A stretch of 60,155 nt of DNA, filler included, from Sphacelaria rigidula (taxonomy: Eukaryota), in the NCBI GenBank assembly GCA_964200075.2. It is 5 parts of 5 records of this genome, joined end to end, with 100 filler letters (N's around TTAATTAATTAA, not from the genome) between each part and the next. Parts side by side here need not be neighbours in the genome. Positions count along the whole stretch, not along the records: positions 24,108 to 36,058 come from CAXNAA020004297.1; positions 36,159 to 48,108 come from CAXNAA020004298.1; 3 more parts are not named here. One strand, 5' to 3'. The position numbers and the translations under genes are program-made. Positions 25,353 to 39,457 of this stretch are shown here, piece after piece. The notes below the pieces were generated by a model. It saw only the letters and a program-made list of their open reading frames with translations, searched no databases and was not told where the DNA came from. Positions within the stretch are counted from its first letter, which is position 1, and the number at the start of each line of letters is the position of its first letter.

Positions 25353-28300
25353 CGTAGCTCCTACACGAATGAGATACCCCGCGAGCTCCGCCCGTCCTGC
25401 ACGGCAGGCCAGGTGTAACGGCGTCATCCCTTCCTCTTGCGCCGCCGGTGCGGCGCGTGCCCCCGATTGTGTTCGTGACGTAAGCCCTTTAGCCGCCCGT
25501 TCTGTTGACTCAGCGGGAATGCGTGGGACCCCGGCGGAAACTTTGTGCACCTCTCCAGCGGTTTTCGGTGCTGGGGGCGATGGAGGTTTTCGGCGCCTGA
25601 TTCGGGCGCCTGGATCAGCCCCCGCATTTATCAAGAGCCGTGCTAGAGCGACGCCGTCGTTGGGGTGGGATTGACTCTCCGGTGCGATCTCGCCGGCGTG
25701 GCTAGTTGTCGTGTTTCTATGGCCCATTTTCGAAAGAAACTCGTGACCTGACGACGTCGGGGCTTCCTCCAGGGTGTCGCATGCGTTGTGGAGCGGAGTA
25801 CGCCCCGTGGAATCTATGACATCAGTTTCTGCGCCCGCTGCGATGAGCCGCGCAACGATTGACTTTTTTTTTTGTTACCCGTGAGGGTAGTTCACATTCG
25901 TCATGGGGGAACAGAAGTGGGCGTGAGGCGGGGAACAGGCGGGTCCGGAAAGGCGGGTGGTGGGTTGGAGCATGATGATTATAGCGCGTGATGGGCATCG
26001 ACCTTGGTCCTGGATAGTGCAAAGACGAAACGGGCCATAATTTCTTGTGTTCATCTTTCTCCTTTTTCTTGTCGCTGGCCGCTGACCGCGGGGACCTTGC
26101 GGTTTATCTCATCTATCGTTTGTTGAAATCAACCCATGAACGCTCGAGTGACGTCCGTTCATGTATCCACTCGTACTAGAATTGTTCCCCGCAATATATG
26201 CACCGCGCGACGATACAGTCCAAACCCGAGGTACATAACTATGCTTTTTCGAAGCTCGCATATTGCGATATCTGTGGACGCAGTCGATCCTTCCGGTTGA
26301 CTCCAAACTACGGCGACGGAACGAAGAAGCGAGTTCTCACGCAGCGATGTGTTGTGTCGTCCAGGACGCACTATAGCACACTGCTAAGCTATTCTCTCAC
26401 GTAAATGAGACCTGCTTCTGGGAACAAGTGCCTTCACCGAAATACGATCCACGTGATGTGACCAAGCCATAATCAACAGCGAGGGGGCGTGGTGCCGCTC
26501 TTACCTCGTGCCCCATCTTAGAGGCATGATGTAACGGTGTCCTGCCCAGACTGTCACTCAGAGAAGGGAGCGCATTTTCGGCCAGGAGCATACGCACCAC
26601 GTGCTCACTTCCCGCCCTGCATCGGAGGCGGCGTGCAACAATGCTCATGTATCAGGGAACGTTGTTGCGATTACCTGAGTCGTACATGGTGAAGGCCATT
26701 AGAACCTGTAGGAAGCGAGGGGTGGCGTACGGCGGGGGTACAGTAGTGCGTCTACTTCTCGTCCTAGAAACCTTAGTTTCAGCTTCCTATTCTCCTGAAC
26801 ATGATCTAGATCGTACCAACGGCAATGCACCCCGTAAACTTTGGACCTCGGGGTTATGTGTCCCTGACATTTGGCACAGAAGAATACGCAGCGGTTTTCA
26901 AGAGCTCGGGCCATGTTTTCTCAAGGATGGTTCTAGCAGCTAGCATCCTCGACTTGCCGTGTCGGGACGATTTCCGGAATCGTCAAAGTTGAGTACCAGG
27001 ACAAACAAAAAGGTGCCCCACGAACTAATCGGCATTTGAAGGAAAAATTGCCTGTTTTGACCACCTTGCACGTGGCATGAAACCGGCTTGTTGTACGGAT
27101 GCTCAGGTCGGTTGTTTCTGTTTGTTTTAGTTCGGGGCGGTGACGATGAGAACCTACCCTCCCTTCGTCCCACTGTGCCCGCTCTTGGAGCGTGTGATAC
27201 CGAGTAGGGTGTGTGATGTCATGGGAGTTTTCTCGGAAGGTCTGGCACCAGCTGATACTCCTGTGACGTCTGTGTGCGGGGCGTTTGGCTAGGTCACGGC
27301 CATCATGATATCTACATCGCACAACAACTGTGATAGTTGGTGCGTTCCCACGACCGAAACCGGTAGGCGAGGACAAGACCTGCAAAGAAATCGCTTGACG
27401 CCGTCTTCGTACCTGCACGCCAGCTGGAGCGGTGACGCTCCGTCAATATCCCCGGGCGCAGGGGAATTCTTATCCGCTCCTCTGGATAGCTCCCGCCTCA
27501 CCGTAGCCACGCTTCCTTTCCTACACGCCAAGTGCAGTCCCGATAAGTGTGCTGCTGCTGGTTTGCCCCAAACCGATACAGAGAAGTTTGATATAACATG
27601 CGTCAAATTCTGTGCAGGGTATTCCTTGGGTGCTGGGAGTAATCAACATTTTAAACACGCTGCTGTCCACATGAATTTATATTTGTTTTTCTCTAGGGGG
27701 GGTTCGGAGGTGTACACATTATTCAAATATTATCACCGATATCGGACAATTTTGTGCTGCCGTCCACCTGCGCAATGACACTATTAGATTAGCTTAGATA
27801 CGAAACAAATTGATCGTTCCTCAAAGTTATAGTGACAAGCCGTGGTATTTGAGCAGCACAGTTTGAGTGATATCAAGCTTGCATTCGATGGTGCCGATTG
27901 CGCTCGTGAGTGGTACCTTCTTTCCCATCGATGTCCACAAGTCGTCTCGCCGCCACCTGCGCATTATGGACCACTTCGGTGCCGTGTTCCACAAACTCGG
28001 TGATTTTTACGCCGTGAGCTCGATTCTCTATGGTTTCCCGCACGCCACGATCTCGACGATGCTGATCATCAATGCGATGGGCACTGCTAGACTTGTAGCG
28101 CCCGCTGCTGGAAGTAGCCAACAATGCTTCCTCGTCGTCGGGGTGCTTGATCGCCGCCATATATGCCGACGTGTGTGGTCCATGCTCCCCACCGCTTTGA
28201 CGATGCTCGGTGGGAGTGGCGGCAGGGCCTTCAAGGCTTGTCGATGGTACGAAGGAGTGGCTGCGGCGTGTTGATGCTGAGTCTTTGTGATGTCTGCGGC

Positions 28301-31250
28301 GGTGATGCTCTCCGGTGCCGTCATAACCTTCGTCGTGACCGTGTTTCCGGGAATGCCGATGGTGCTGTGAGTGGTCGGATATGCTGGTGTGATCGCCGTG
28401 GCGTTGTTGCTCTTGCTGTCGACCGTGGTCGAATCTGCCGTGACTGGAGCTTGCATCGCCGGCGGTCACTTGTGCATGACTGTGATGAGATCGTCGATGA
28501 CTGTGATCGGATTTGCCGTGGTGAGAGCTTGCGTCGCTCAGATCCCGACGTTTATAGTCATCGGTATAGAGTCTATCGTGCCGGTGGTGATGACTCTGGT
28601 CGTCGTCGGGTCCATCATGATGAGGGTTGGCGCTGTGGCGAGAGAGGTCGTTGTGGTTGTGGGTCTTTTGCTTCATCTGGGTAGTGTCGTCCCCGTCAAC
28701 ATCGCGGTGATGCTGTCTCGTTGGGCTTAGTCGATGCTTACTGCTGCTGCCCTCGTACTCTTGTTGACCACTCCGACCGCGGGGACGCTCGCATTCTCTG
28801 CTCTGGTGGTTTGAATCAACATAGTCTCCACGGTCCCGATGGCCTTGCTTGTCGCTCTCGTCTCTCTGCTCCCTGACATGGTGGTGGCCGCCGCTGGTGC
28901 TTTGTGCGCGATGATGAGCGACGCTGCTCTCGTGATGGTGTCCGGAGCTGTGACGATGGTGATGCCGATCACCAGAGGATCTCTCGCGTGGGACAGTACT
29001 GTGGCCTGAGTCGATGTGACTACTCCTGTGTTTGTGTGCCTCTCTCGTGTTGCTGTCGTTATCTTCTCCATCGCCGTTTTTGTAAGCAATCGCGCTTTTT
29101 CGAGTGTGATTGTCACCTTGCTCGGTTTGCAACTCATCCCGTCGGCGTCTTCGACTGTAAGAATGATCTCCACCGTGAGATCCTTCCCGACCTGGAGAAC
29201 CGTGACTGGTATCGTCTTTGAACGAGTTTCGATGTGGACTACTATCTCTCATACGGTGGCGATTTTTTCCGTGGGTACTCCCTTGACAGTCTTGCTCACC
29301 AACATCGCCGACCCCTCGGGTGACATCGCTGCTTTCGTGACTCCTGCCGTGATATCTGTGCTCGCGCTCATGATGATGATGTCGTTCCCCATCGCGATGA
29401 TGTCGACTGCTTGGACTATCATGATGACTTGTACTACTATGGTCACGATGCCGATGTTCCCTCATATCACTTCCTCTGTGATGATGATGATGCCGCGTGG
29501 TCTCAGGACCCTCCGCATCGTGCCTATGATTATGGTGCCCGCTACCTCCAGAGTGGTGACGTCCCGTGTGGCTAGGGCTCCTGCTGCCATGGTCCGAAGT
29601 ATTGTCACCTCGAACCTCTCTGACATGGATGCTATGGCTAACTCTAGAACGATGACTATCAGTACAATACTGTTGGTCGCCACCACAGGCAGTGTCCTTA
29701 TGTTGCGCGCTGCTGCGCCAGGCGTCACCAACTTCGCCGTCGTTCGCTTCTCCATTGACATTGGCGGTTGGTCTTGAGTGTCGCTCGCCGGTAAAGCTAA
29801 CACCGCTGCGATGATCATTTTTGTGATGTTCATGAACGGATCTGCATGGACTACGAGTGGGATTCCGGTGCCCTCGCGATGAAGGAGATGTACAAAGCTG
29901 AAGGTCGTCCGGCACTCTCGCTTTCCGTGATATGTCGGCACTACCTCCCTTATCAGAGGTTTCACAGGATGCGATATGATGTTTGGTTTGGCTCGAAATA
30001 CCCGTATGGTGAATCAAGTGGTGTTGGTGTCGAGGTGTGGGAGATAAGGCATCCACGGCAGTGCTGGCAACTACTGCGGTATCATCTTTGTGGTCGCCAC
30101 TTGCCAATCTTACAGGTGACGGGGATTGTCCGCGGAGGTCACGATGCCGATGATGGTTGCGCCCGAAGGAACTCTGTGTTGCAGATGTATTCTGCCCATC
30201 CTCTTCGGCAGCATCCAGCAAAGCAGGAGAGGAAGATCGACGACGGTGGCGAGATGTTGGGCTGACAGTGGAATCGTGCGTGTAATTGCTCCTGTGATGA
30301 CGCTCGCTAGTGGAGCTGTGTTGGCCATGGTGATGATGATGCTGGCGGTGGGAGTCGGGTGATCTACTCTCGACATGTCCACTGTTGTCGCGGCTACGGT
30401 GCGTGTGAGCATCTTCATCTCGAGCACGTTCTCGGACACCATGGACTCTAATTCTCTCAGTATGATGTCTATGGTATTCCCGGCTACTTATTTGGCTGTT
30501 TTCCAGCAGAGACTCGGCAACAAGATACTTCGCAGCAGCGAGGGTTGTTTGTTTACTCGGGGAAAGCTCAAGTTCAGCATCGGTCGCTGTCGTGTCTCCC
30601 CGACCCCTGAGATCCTTTTTGCCTTTCCGGCCACTGTCACTTCCCGACATGCCTATGGTTTGGTGGCCACCATCCGAATGGCTACCAGTACGATTCCCCC
30701 TACCGTCATTTGTCGCCACCAAATGACAACTCTTGGTGTGGGCAAGGCGATCCGAATGCAAAGCGCGACTGCCGTCGCTACCACGAGTAGTCTCGGCCGT
30801 AAATGCGTCGCGGCGGTCAGTACCACTAGTTGCCGTAGGCGAGTGCGAGAATATATCTCTGCCGGTTACCTGGCGTTCTTCTGCTGAACGTCGCGAGCTA
30901 CGGCCCCTACTGCCGCCGATTGCTGGCGTACCGCCAATCGCCGAAGATTTACCATGTTCGGGAGACGAGTGGTACCCGTCTCGGGTACGATCGTGATGTC
31001 GTGTCGTTGTTTCTCCGGCATGATGACGGTGTGGTTGCGATGATGGTCTCGCCCCGTCCTCGCTCCTGTTGTGGCAGTTCTCTTCTGCTTCGCTATGCCC
31101 GCGGCTTCTTCTGCCGCTGCTATTGCTGTGCCGAACACCGGACCGAGACCGTTCTTCAACAACAATTTCGGCGTTATCGCTCGGATTAGAGATGGGCGAC
31201 CGTGATCGACTTTTGTACCGCAAATATGGTGCGTCGCTCGTGTCCCCCAT
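25353..31250 (-). CDS. Ankyrin-repeat protein with ~1100-aa His/Arg/Ser/Asp-rich disordered N-terminal region, 3' partial
   Basis: Exons 31250-27917, ~27557-27413, 26616-26505 and 25862-25353 join in frame. Ankyrin motifs SGLHLACRKG, GASPLQLACRAG, GRTPLHHASKMGH, GRTPLHNAC, GMTPLHLACRAG. The true start and final exon are uncertain. Confidence 0.8.
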
Positions 31251-34200
31251 TCGCTATGGATGAAGAACGTCGCGAGGAAGTAAACCCCAGGCTTCGGGAG
31301 ATATTGAAGACAGCGACGAGATTCAAGCGGTGAAGCGGAATTCTTTTCAGCCTTATGGTTCGAGTGATAATGCGGCATTTGTAGCTATACACGAATTAGG
31401 CCTAGACGCCAAAACGGTAGGCCCAAGTGTTTGCCCAGCGCACGTCTGTTCATGCCCAATTCATGGCCCGGTCTCCCGTCCCAACGGTTGGAGCTGCGGT
31501 AGATTGCCTGGCAGCGACACTTTTCCCCTCTACACAAGCGCATTTCTAACACCCCCACCATGGTTTCATAGAACGTTCCTGCAACATATTGCAGGAGGGC
31601 GCCCATCCTGTTTAAAAACAAAGAAAGATCGCCGTATTGCCCTGCACATGCACCGTATAGTACGTGAAGGCGTGCAGGTATAGGTTTTCTTCGTCACATT
31701 TGATAAGATCTTGGCCGTTCGGTTCCCGTCATCGACAGGGTGAGCAGAAAGTGTACCGCGTTAATATAGTTATTTTCCCATGCCCTGGAGGTTGCACAAG
31801 CCAGACCGATGGTCACTTCGCTGCCGCCACTTCTCTAGCTGGAACGGAGTAGGTGAGAGGACAACCCGGATTGGCGTAAAAATATGCAGCTCACAAGCAT
31901 TAGTGCCCCGAGAGAGCTGATATCAAACTGTGCAGCCATGGTTTCACATGCGTATTCGTGATGCTTTCGACCCATCCTTGCGCATTTCGCTCATTTTGCT
32001 CACGGCCACTGGGCTAAATATCATGCAGCAATTGGGACACAAATTATGTCGCATCATTCGCCGCACAAGCAGCGAGCAGGCCCACCGAATTGACTCACTG
32101 ATCGAACCCCCCTCTCCACGTTGACTCGCCATCACCATAAAATGCATGTACTACCACCTTACGGTGAGGAAGGAGAGTATTATGCGAGAGCAAATACCCG
32201 GCTTTTCGTTCCTCGTGCTTGCATCTTCGGATGTTCCCCAACCTCCCATCAAGGGACCGTTGGAAGTTGAAAGTGGCGCTTCACTCGTCCGACCTACGGA
32301 CATGTACGGGTTTTCAACCTGGCAGATTTGACTGCACTGCAGATGATCTAGTGACCCGATGGAAGCACTGTACACCGTACAGCCCTTGAGGACACGGCCA
32401 ATTAGGGAGGTGGTCAAGGGGTTTGCTGCGTTGATCGTGTGTCGGACTCAGCAGTGTTTCCGCGACAGCAAGTCGACATTTTTGTCATGTGAAATTACGT
32501 GTGTTCCAAGACAGCTTGGGTACTACCGTGCTGCGCGCCACTGACTGTTGGAGCACGGTGCAGGTCGGTCTACGGTACGTACATTGACATTACTCCGCAT
32601 GTACGAGCTACTCGTAGTTGGACGGCGCCAAAGCACGTCGCAGAGGAGCGTATGCGCGCTACGCCGCACGACGTGTTCAGATGGCGAACTACAGTCCGTT
32701 CCTTCTACTCTGGTCCAGCTCTGATGTAATCCTGAGCAGGGGTGAAGAGTTAATGCGAATCTTCGTGAAATTTCATATTTGAAATATTTTCATATTCTGA
32801 TATTTACAGGGCTGACAGTGTCCTGTCTTCTGTGCTCCCCAGAACTTGATCAGCACGCAGCGTGCATTCGGGCTTGGATCTGCAGGCGCCGATGTAGATG
32901 CCGATATAAGCCCCGGCCCGCGCCACTTTTATCGGGGAGCCCTCTACAAGCGCCCACCTCGAGGGGTGTCGGTTCGCCTCGGATTGGAACTTGGGATGTG
33001 ACTCGCCACAAAGGCAGTTCAAGGACTAATTATTAGACATTTTTTGGCGGTATGTTCCGTGAACATCCGAAATTACCGAGCGCGTGACCGCATGCGGCAA
33101 TTTATGAGCTGCTCGCTGCATATCTAGGCGAATATCAGGTCGTTGGTGGAAGTAATGGCGCTGAGTCTTTTCCAACACCGATCATTATATTGTGCAGGCA
33201 GTGCGAAATGTTTTTCGGTCGCCTGTTCGTCCCTCGAAGGTTTGAGGCTTTCCGCCCGGTGCGACAGTTACACGGTCTGTTCATAACTGTTGTAGTTGTG
33301 GTCGGTGACGACACATACATCACAGACAACGTAGTCGGTGTCGCTTACACGAGAGTGACTTGCTGACACCCTGCGTGTGCCGGAACACCAGATTCAGGTT
33401 GCCCATAGTTCGCATACAGTTCCGCACAGCGGCTAGTCTGACCCCCGCTGCCTGCAGCACACATCGATTCTACGGCTGTCGCTTGGTCAGGGCTCCCCGG
33501 TTCTCTGAGGGTTCATTCTGTGCTTGCCTTCTGGGTCATGTGCTGCATGGGCATCATTTTCACCTGAAAGAATCCTGCATGGACGAACTACCCTCCCGTT
33601 CAAAAGGTTGAACAACGGAAGTGTAGTGAAGGTAGAATTGGATCGATGTGATGAACATGTCACTTCCGTTTCTTCTGAAGAGCAACGACAGAAATTGGTA
33701 ACCTTTGCTGTCGCACGTGTCGTGGAACAGATGAAGAATAGCTGGTGCAAGTTGTCAAGCAGGGGTGTAGAGGGAAGATGTACGATTGCGTGAAGGCCGC
33801 ACTGCACGATAGCAACAAGTGCTGGCAACAACTGCACCGGTGATATGCACCTGTCACATCTGTCGGTTGTGCCATTTTTCATACACCAGTTCCTCTGAAG
33901 CATCACTTGTCTGTCCGCACTTTGACAGCGCGGTTTTGGAAGGGTGACAGATGATGAGATAGCACCAGTACAGACAAAGTGCTGCAGTAAGTTTTTTTAC
34001 ACGACACTAGTTTTCAGTGGAACCAATCGATGTATGTTCACTCCTTTGGCAGTTTTTTCAGCAAAAAATGGTGTCGTGGTACTGCACAGGGGTGATCGTT
34101 TACATTTTGCCTAAAGATGGAGAACTATATCCCGATCGGCTCGATTTGTTCATTCGTTCTTGATTTTTCCTATGGGAATCAGAGCGGCCGTTTCCTTCTG

Positions 34201-34381
34201 CTGCGGCCGAACCACCCATGTATCACTGAGGATGCCTCGCCGCTATGACTGGCTGTATTCTCCATTACCTAAAAATACCGAGCATTCACCTTTTCAGGGC
34301 TCTAGGATAGGAAGGGAAGGTATACAGAGCACCACATATGCTGAGAATTTGGTGATTCATGAGCCCAGGCTTGTTTTTCAA

Positions 34382-34661
34382 CCCTTCGACCGCAAGGATA
34401 GTGTGTGTGTGTGTTGTCGTCCCATTTATTCTGGGCGCCAGTCTACACCTTTCGCTATATGTGGGCGCATCAGCCGGGGTGTCTTGTGTCGAATCGGCAT
34501 CAATTCCAAGTGAAGAAAAGTGTACATGATCCAGAAAGACTAATCTCGCGTTCCAAGGGTTAACGCTTAGACCGCGAGGGCAGTCTTCTGTTGAATCGGC
34601 ATCAATTTCAACTGAAAAAAAGTGTGCATGATCCGAAAAGACTAATCTCGCGGTCTAAGGG
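34382..34661. mobile_element. Two tandem piggyBac-like MITEs sharing a TTAA; the first carries a SINE 3' fragment
   Basis: Copies 34382-34559 and 34564-34661 end in CGCG(T/G)T(C/T)(C/T)AAGGG-like termini, with TTAA at 34560-34563. 34401-34480 matches the SINE tail at 59590-59680. Confidence 0.65.
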
Positions 34662-36058
34662 TTGAGAAGAGTATGAAATTACGGGTAAACATTTGGGCTG
34701 ACCTCGGAGGGTTTACGAGTAAGGAGAACTAAGAATCGGAAAGTGGACCGGGTCGGCAGGTGATAGTCTGCAAGGATGCACTGCACCTCACAACAAAAAG
34801 AAACCTACTCCACAACCGCCACGGCTATATCAGGCCCCCACTGCAAGCTTCCTTCTCTTCTGTTGAACTGGCAAACATCATTGATCTCTACTGGGCCACG
34901 CCATGGAAAATTACAATCTGTACCTTTCATGTAATGCTTACTGCTCGCACAGTAGGGTACCTGCAGTCCATTTTCGCAGAGGGTGTCGCTAGAGCCTACC
35001 AAGAAATAGCAGAGGGGGGTACGGTCCGAAGGGGGTATACTCATGATCATGCATGCCATAGTCAGACGGTCGGAAGGGGCGGAAAGAACAGTCAGCGAAG
35101 AGATGCCGCAATAGGCCGGAAAAATCCGGCAGTCAGTAAAGGGGGGGGGGGGGGGGGTATTAATGCCCAATGTGCGCAATATATAGACCATGTCGATTGA
35201 GAGGCTCTTCTGGCTACAAAAATACCGTGCTACAGCAGTTCTGTAGTCGTCGGAGGTAGGCGACATGAACTTTTATCCCTGCAGTCCTGGAGAGAGCATC
35301 GTCACATGATGAAAATCTAGTAAAATATATCATCAGTGGTGTATGCAAGGAGTCAACATGTTCCTTGACAAATGCCCGGGGAAAAAAATGTTCGAAATGG
35401 TGCAAAACGCCAAATGCTTGATTTTCTTATTTTACACAGGTGTCTTGGAATTTGGATTGAAGCATTTCTGCTGAAATCGGAGAAAAGAAAAAATCCAAGC
35501 CCCGCTCAAATCAAGACTTTTTCAACATCTGTCGCGCCCTGTACCTCTGCATTTCTGCCTGTGAACGATTGATGGATACGCCAGTAATGCCGTGTTCGGT
35601 TGGAATTCTCCAGGTGCATCGCGGCTAATATTCCTTGCTCAATTTCCCAGCAAGATGCAAAAGTACCAACGATGGCCGATCATACCGACCCCCGCCAAGC
35701 CTCAACGCACAGCATAACAGTTGCATTACCCCGCAACTCTGATCCACGTTAGGATCTGGACTTGGTCCTTCATAACCGGGTACACAACTGGTCGTGTGTG
35801 CTGCGCCTGTACCTTCCAAAACCTTACAGGAGGGCGTTTCGCCTCGTCAAACCCATGCGCACAGCAGAGCTTCTGAAATCCACCCTGTAGCCGAGCTGGA
35901 CGGAAACTTCCGAGGTGTACTGAACCTGGCGTTTTTCTCTTGAAACATTTCCAAGGGTCGGACAACGAATGATTCGTCTGGAAACTACTTGATTTTGGTG
36001 TTATGAGTCGACTCGTGACGAATCAATACCTAGGCTTTATTTCAGCGTTGCAACCCAG

Positions 36059-36158
36059 NNNNNNNNNNNNNNNNNNNNNNNNNNNNNNNNNNNNNNNNNN
36101 NNTTAATTAATTAANNNNNNNNNNNNNNNNNNNNNNNNNNNNNNNNNNNNNNNNNNNN
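36059..36158. other. Artificial contig linker
   Basis: N44-TTAATTAATTAA-N44. Confidence 0.98.
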
Positions 36159-38264
36159 CTTGAACCTCATCTCAAAGTTAAACCTCAATTCGCACAATTT
36201 GTTGTTAATTACTGAGCCTTCGACAGGGGAGGGTGAAGCAGGCTATTATTCAACGTATATGGTCGCCTCCAGCGTGAAACGACCCCCCCAGACCCGCGAA
36301 CGTGTACGAGTAGCTCATACTCGTAGTCGCGTGCAATGGTATATCACATGCATCTTCGATGAAAAGGGCGCTACGCCGCTTTATGCCTTGTTACGTCGAA
36401 TAAATTCGAGTTGTACCTTTGTATCGGCAGCACCAAAGTTCCAGAGGCGATCGTGTCCAAGACCCGTCGACATCCCGTTGCGTTCTTACAGACTGTGCAC
36501 AATGAGCTTTTAGAATGTTCTCTATTTACGTCGTTCCTGGAACAGCTTCGCAGAAATGCATACTTCCATCGCTGGTCGAATGCAGATACCGAAGGTCCGG
36601 GTACATTTGTTGAGTGAAATCTCTCCAGGTTTACGTAGTATGTTGTCGCTCTTAATTCGCGGAGTGCACAAACACGAAGCTCTCGATCCGTGAGAAACGC
36701 ACCGAGTAAGGGCTGGATGCACTTGCCGAGTACAGATGTGATTCTGCTGGAATACGACCCGTTGGTGGAGAGTGACCATCAACTTAGACAGCACACGGTG
36801 TGAAGAATACCACGCTCGGCAATTGTGGCTCGTGTTTATTGTGCTGACCTTAAAATTCTAAAGGCACTCATCATACCCGTGATACCTGGTCATTCGTCAA
36901 ACCCACCCCGCATGCACCTTCGTGGACTATTTTCATCAGTACCCACAACCAGGACAACATCAGCAGCATGGACAGTCTCAAGAAGCCTGATGTCATTACA
37001 TTTGAGCGGTCGATATCACCACGACCAACTCTCGGTGCTTCTCTGGTGGGTTCGATTTTGGGTTTTTCAGCACGTGTTGTATCGCTGAAAGCTTTCTCGA
37101 ACTATGCACAAGGAAACCAGTGTGGGGCTTGTATGATTGAGGTACTCAGCCTGTGATACAGGCAATTCTCCAGCATCTTCTAGCATCTTCTAAAGCGATG
37201 CTTGTAGCTCGAGCGGTCGAGTCATTGTGGGCAACCGGATGTAAGAAGGCGATGGGATGCTAAGAGTATAAGAGCGATGGTGAGAGTGTGGGGCGACGTT
37301 CTTGCGCTCAGAGATAATGGGGCGAAATTGTAAAACGGATGCCACCCATACGATCGAACACGTCGTTGGTTGGTCGTACCTTTCGTGTGTGGGAGAGTCC
37401 TGACACCACAAGGGCACAGGCTAGTCAAGAAGAGCTACCGTGATTGCGTTTCCTGTATAGCTACTATCAGTTTGATGCTGCAAAAAGTTTTGGAGGAATC
37501 TCCAAACGCACCGCATTCTCTGTGGCATACTGTGGCGCTCTCATACACAGCGTGCTGCCCGTGATGCCACTTGGTGAAGCGTTGTGGATCCATGGAATGG
37601 CAGGTTAAGGTACCACCTGTAACTGTGCCCAACCATGTTTTTGGCAAAAAACTGGTAAAAGCACTGTACATACCTCCCTTTTGCCTCGCGTGAACAGAAA
37701 ACGTAGGGAAATTGGCGCGTTGACCCTCTCAAGCAGATATCCAAGAGTTGAGTTGGTTGAGACCTAGTGTGTGGAGTACACGCTGCTGCCTTTATTTAAA
37801 ACCGATTCTTTGATACCAGCACGGCCGTAAGGCCACACATGGTGGTGACTTATCTGAAGGCGGAAGTGCGTCGCTGTCAGGCCTTCCAGGATTTGGAGGT
37901 AGTAATACGTGAGGGGGAGACGGGACTCAAAAAATAAGAAGAGAATGAAGTGCTCGGGGCAAAGGGTTTTCTCTGGCAGTTAGTATAGGTCCCTGTAATG
38001 AAGTGGTCATATTGCCCAATCTGCTTTGGAGATGTGTGAAGAAGAGAGGTGCTTACTCACTGTACTCACGACTGAGTACCCAGACCTGAGCATGAAACCG
38101 GAAGTACTGTACCAGAAACGATCCCCAACGTTATGTCAAGTGGGGAACCGTATCCCTGGTTGTCCCTGCCATATGTGGGATCTTGAGGTGTTTTAAACTA
38201 CTCTGCGGTCCCCTAAGCATGCTGTCCTCCCAGGCATTACAGTCCCCTCGGCCCCTAGGTTTTG

Positions 38265-39240
38265 AAGGGTTGGCGTCGACTGGCAACGACGCCGTAAAAC
38301 ACTCTGCTTACTGCTTACTGCGTATGCTAAGTAACCAGATTACCGTTTATTTCACGCTTGCGTTTGTTGCGGTGATCATGATACTGGTCGAGTTGATCGG
38401 TATTGTGCGGGGTGGAGGACGCCAACTCCGCGCAAAGGGGATGGTCGTATCATATAGTGTGTTCAAGTGGTGAGATACTCATGGGGCAGCGAAAGCCGTA
38501 GCTTTCCCTGGAAGTAGCGATACCAGAAGATGAAGCATCTCATTAAAGGCTGACATCCTTATGCAAGATATTCGGTACGCTTCGGGCCGAACAATGTTTG
38601 CAGGGTGCAACTCACCCTTCATGCGACTCGCCGAACACATCACGGCACTTTGCGCTTGGTGATTGATTGCGAGCTCGGTCCGGCGAAACTCCGGCGTACT
38701 CCGTCCCGGCTTTGTAGGGGTGCGAGACCAATGATGGTCGTATGACCACGGCATGCAAGTCATGAGCACACGCCCCCTAGGTCATTGAGCTAATGTGTAA
38801 GTTGAACTTCGTGAACATCAATAGGCTCAGTGTGCTACAGCGCCTCGAAGCAAAATCACCAGTGGTCCATGTCACAGACTTTATACATTGCACCGGATCC
38901 TCCATGTTTGAGCTTACTTTTTTGCTCAAAGGCATCTCTCTAGCAGCCCACGCAGTCTCCTCACTCGTCATTGTGAGACACCCATGATGAAGGGTGTAAC
39001 CCATGCCTGATTTGAAAGTATGGCGATACCAGAAAATGAACTGACTCATGCGACCCTGTTATCCATCTGTAAGACACTTTGTACGCTTCAAACCGAACAA
39101 CCACAGTAGGATGCAGCCCACCCCCATGCGACAAGCCTCACATATCACGGCGCTTCAGGCTTGATGGTTGAATGCGAGCCTGGTCCGGCGAAAACACAGC
39201 GTGCACCGTCCCGACTTTGTAAGGGATGCGAGGCCGATAG
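38265..39240 (+). repeat. Three partial, diverged tandem copies (~500-bp period) of the dispersed stem-loop repeat
   Basis: GTGAGA(T/C)AC(T/C)CATG at about 38470 and 38973. GGTCCGGCGAAA at about 38677 and 39182. 38265-38560 aligns with 24130-24425 (minus). Confidence 0.7.
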
Positions 39241-39457
39241 TCACCTGTCTACAGGATGCAAGATGAGAAACCTACAGGCTTGCTATGTGCGTCAACCATG
39301 TCCTGTCTCCTCACTGGAGACAAGGAGTGCGCGCAAGGAACCGCCTGGACTAGGTTTTCGCGAAGGCCTGCTACAACTCTCTCAGCTGTACCCGCAAAAA
39401 ACACTATATTCGTGAGATTCAGAGTGTGACATCGGATTCAGAGTGAGACCCGAAACA

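Noticed and set aside
27867-31263. Plus-strand Met/Val-rich membrane-like ORFs
   Set aside because: Antisense shadows of the His/Asp-rich minus-strand exon.
31400-36058. Additional genes upstream of the ankyrin gene
   Set aside because: Only short ORFs, with no recognisable motifs or phase-consistent exon chains.
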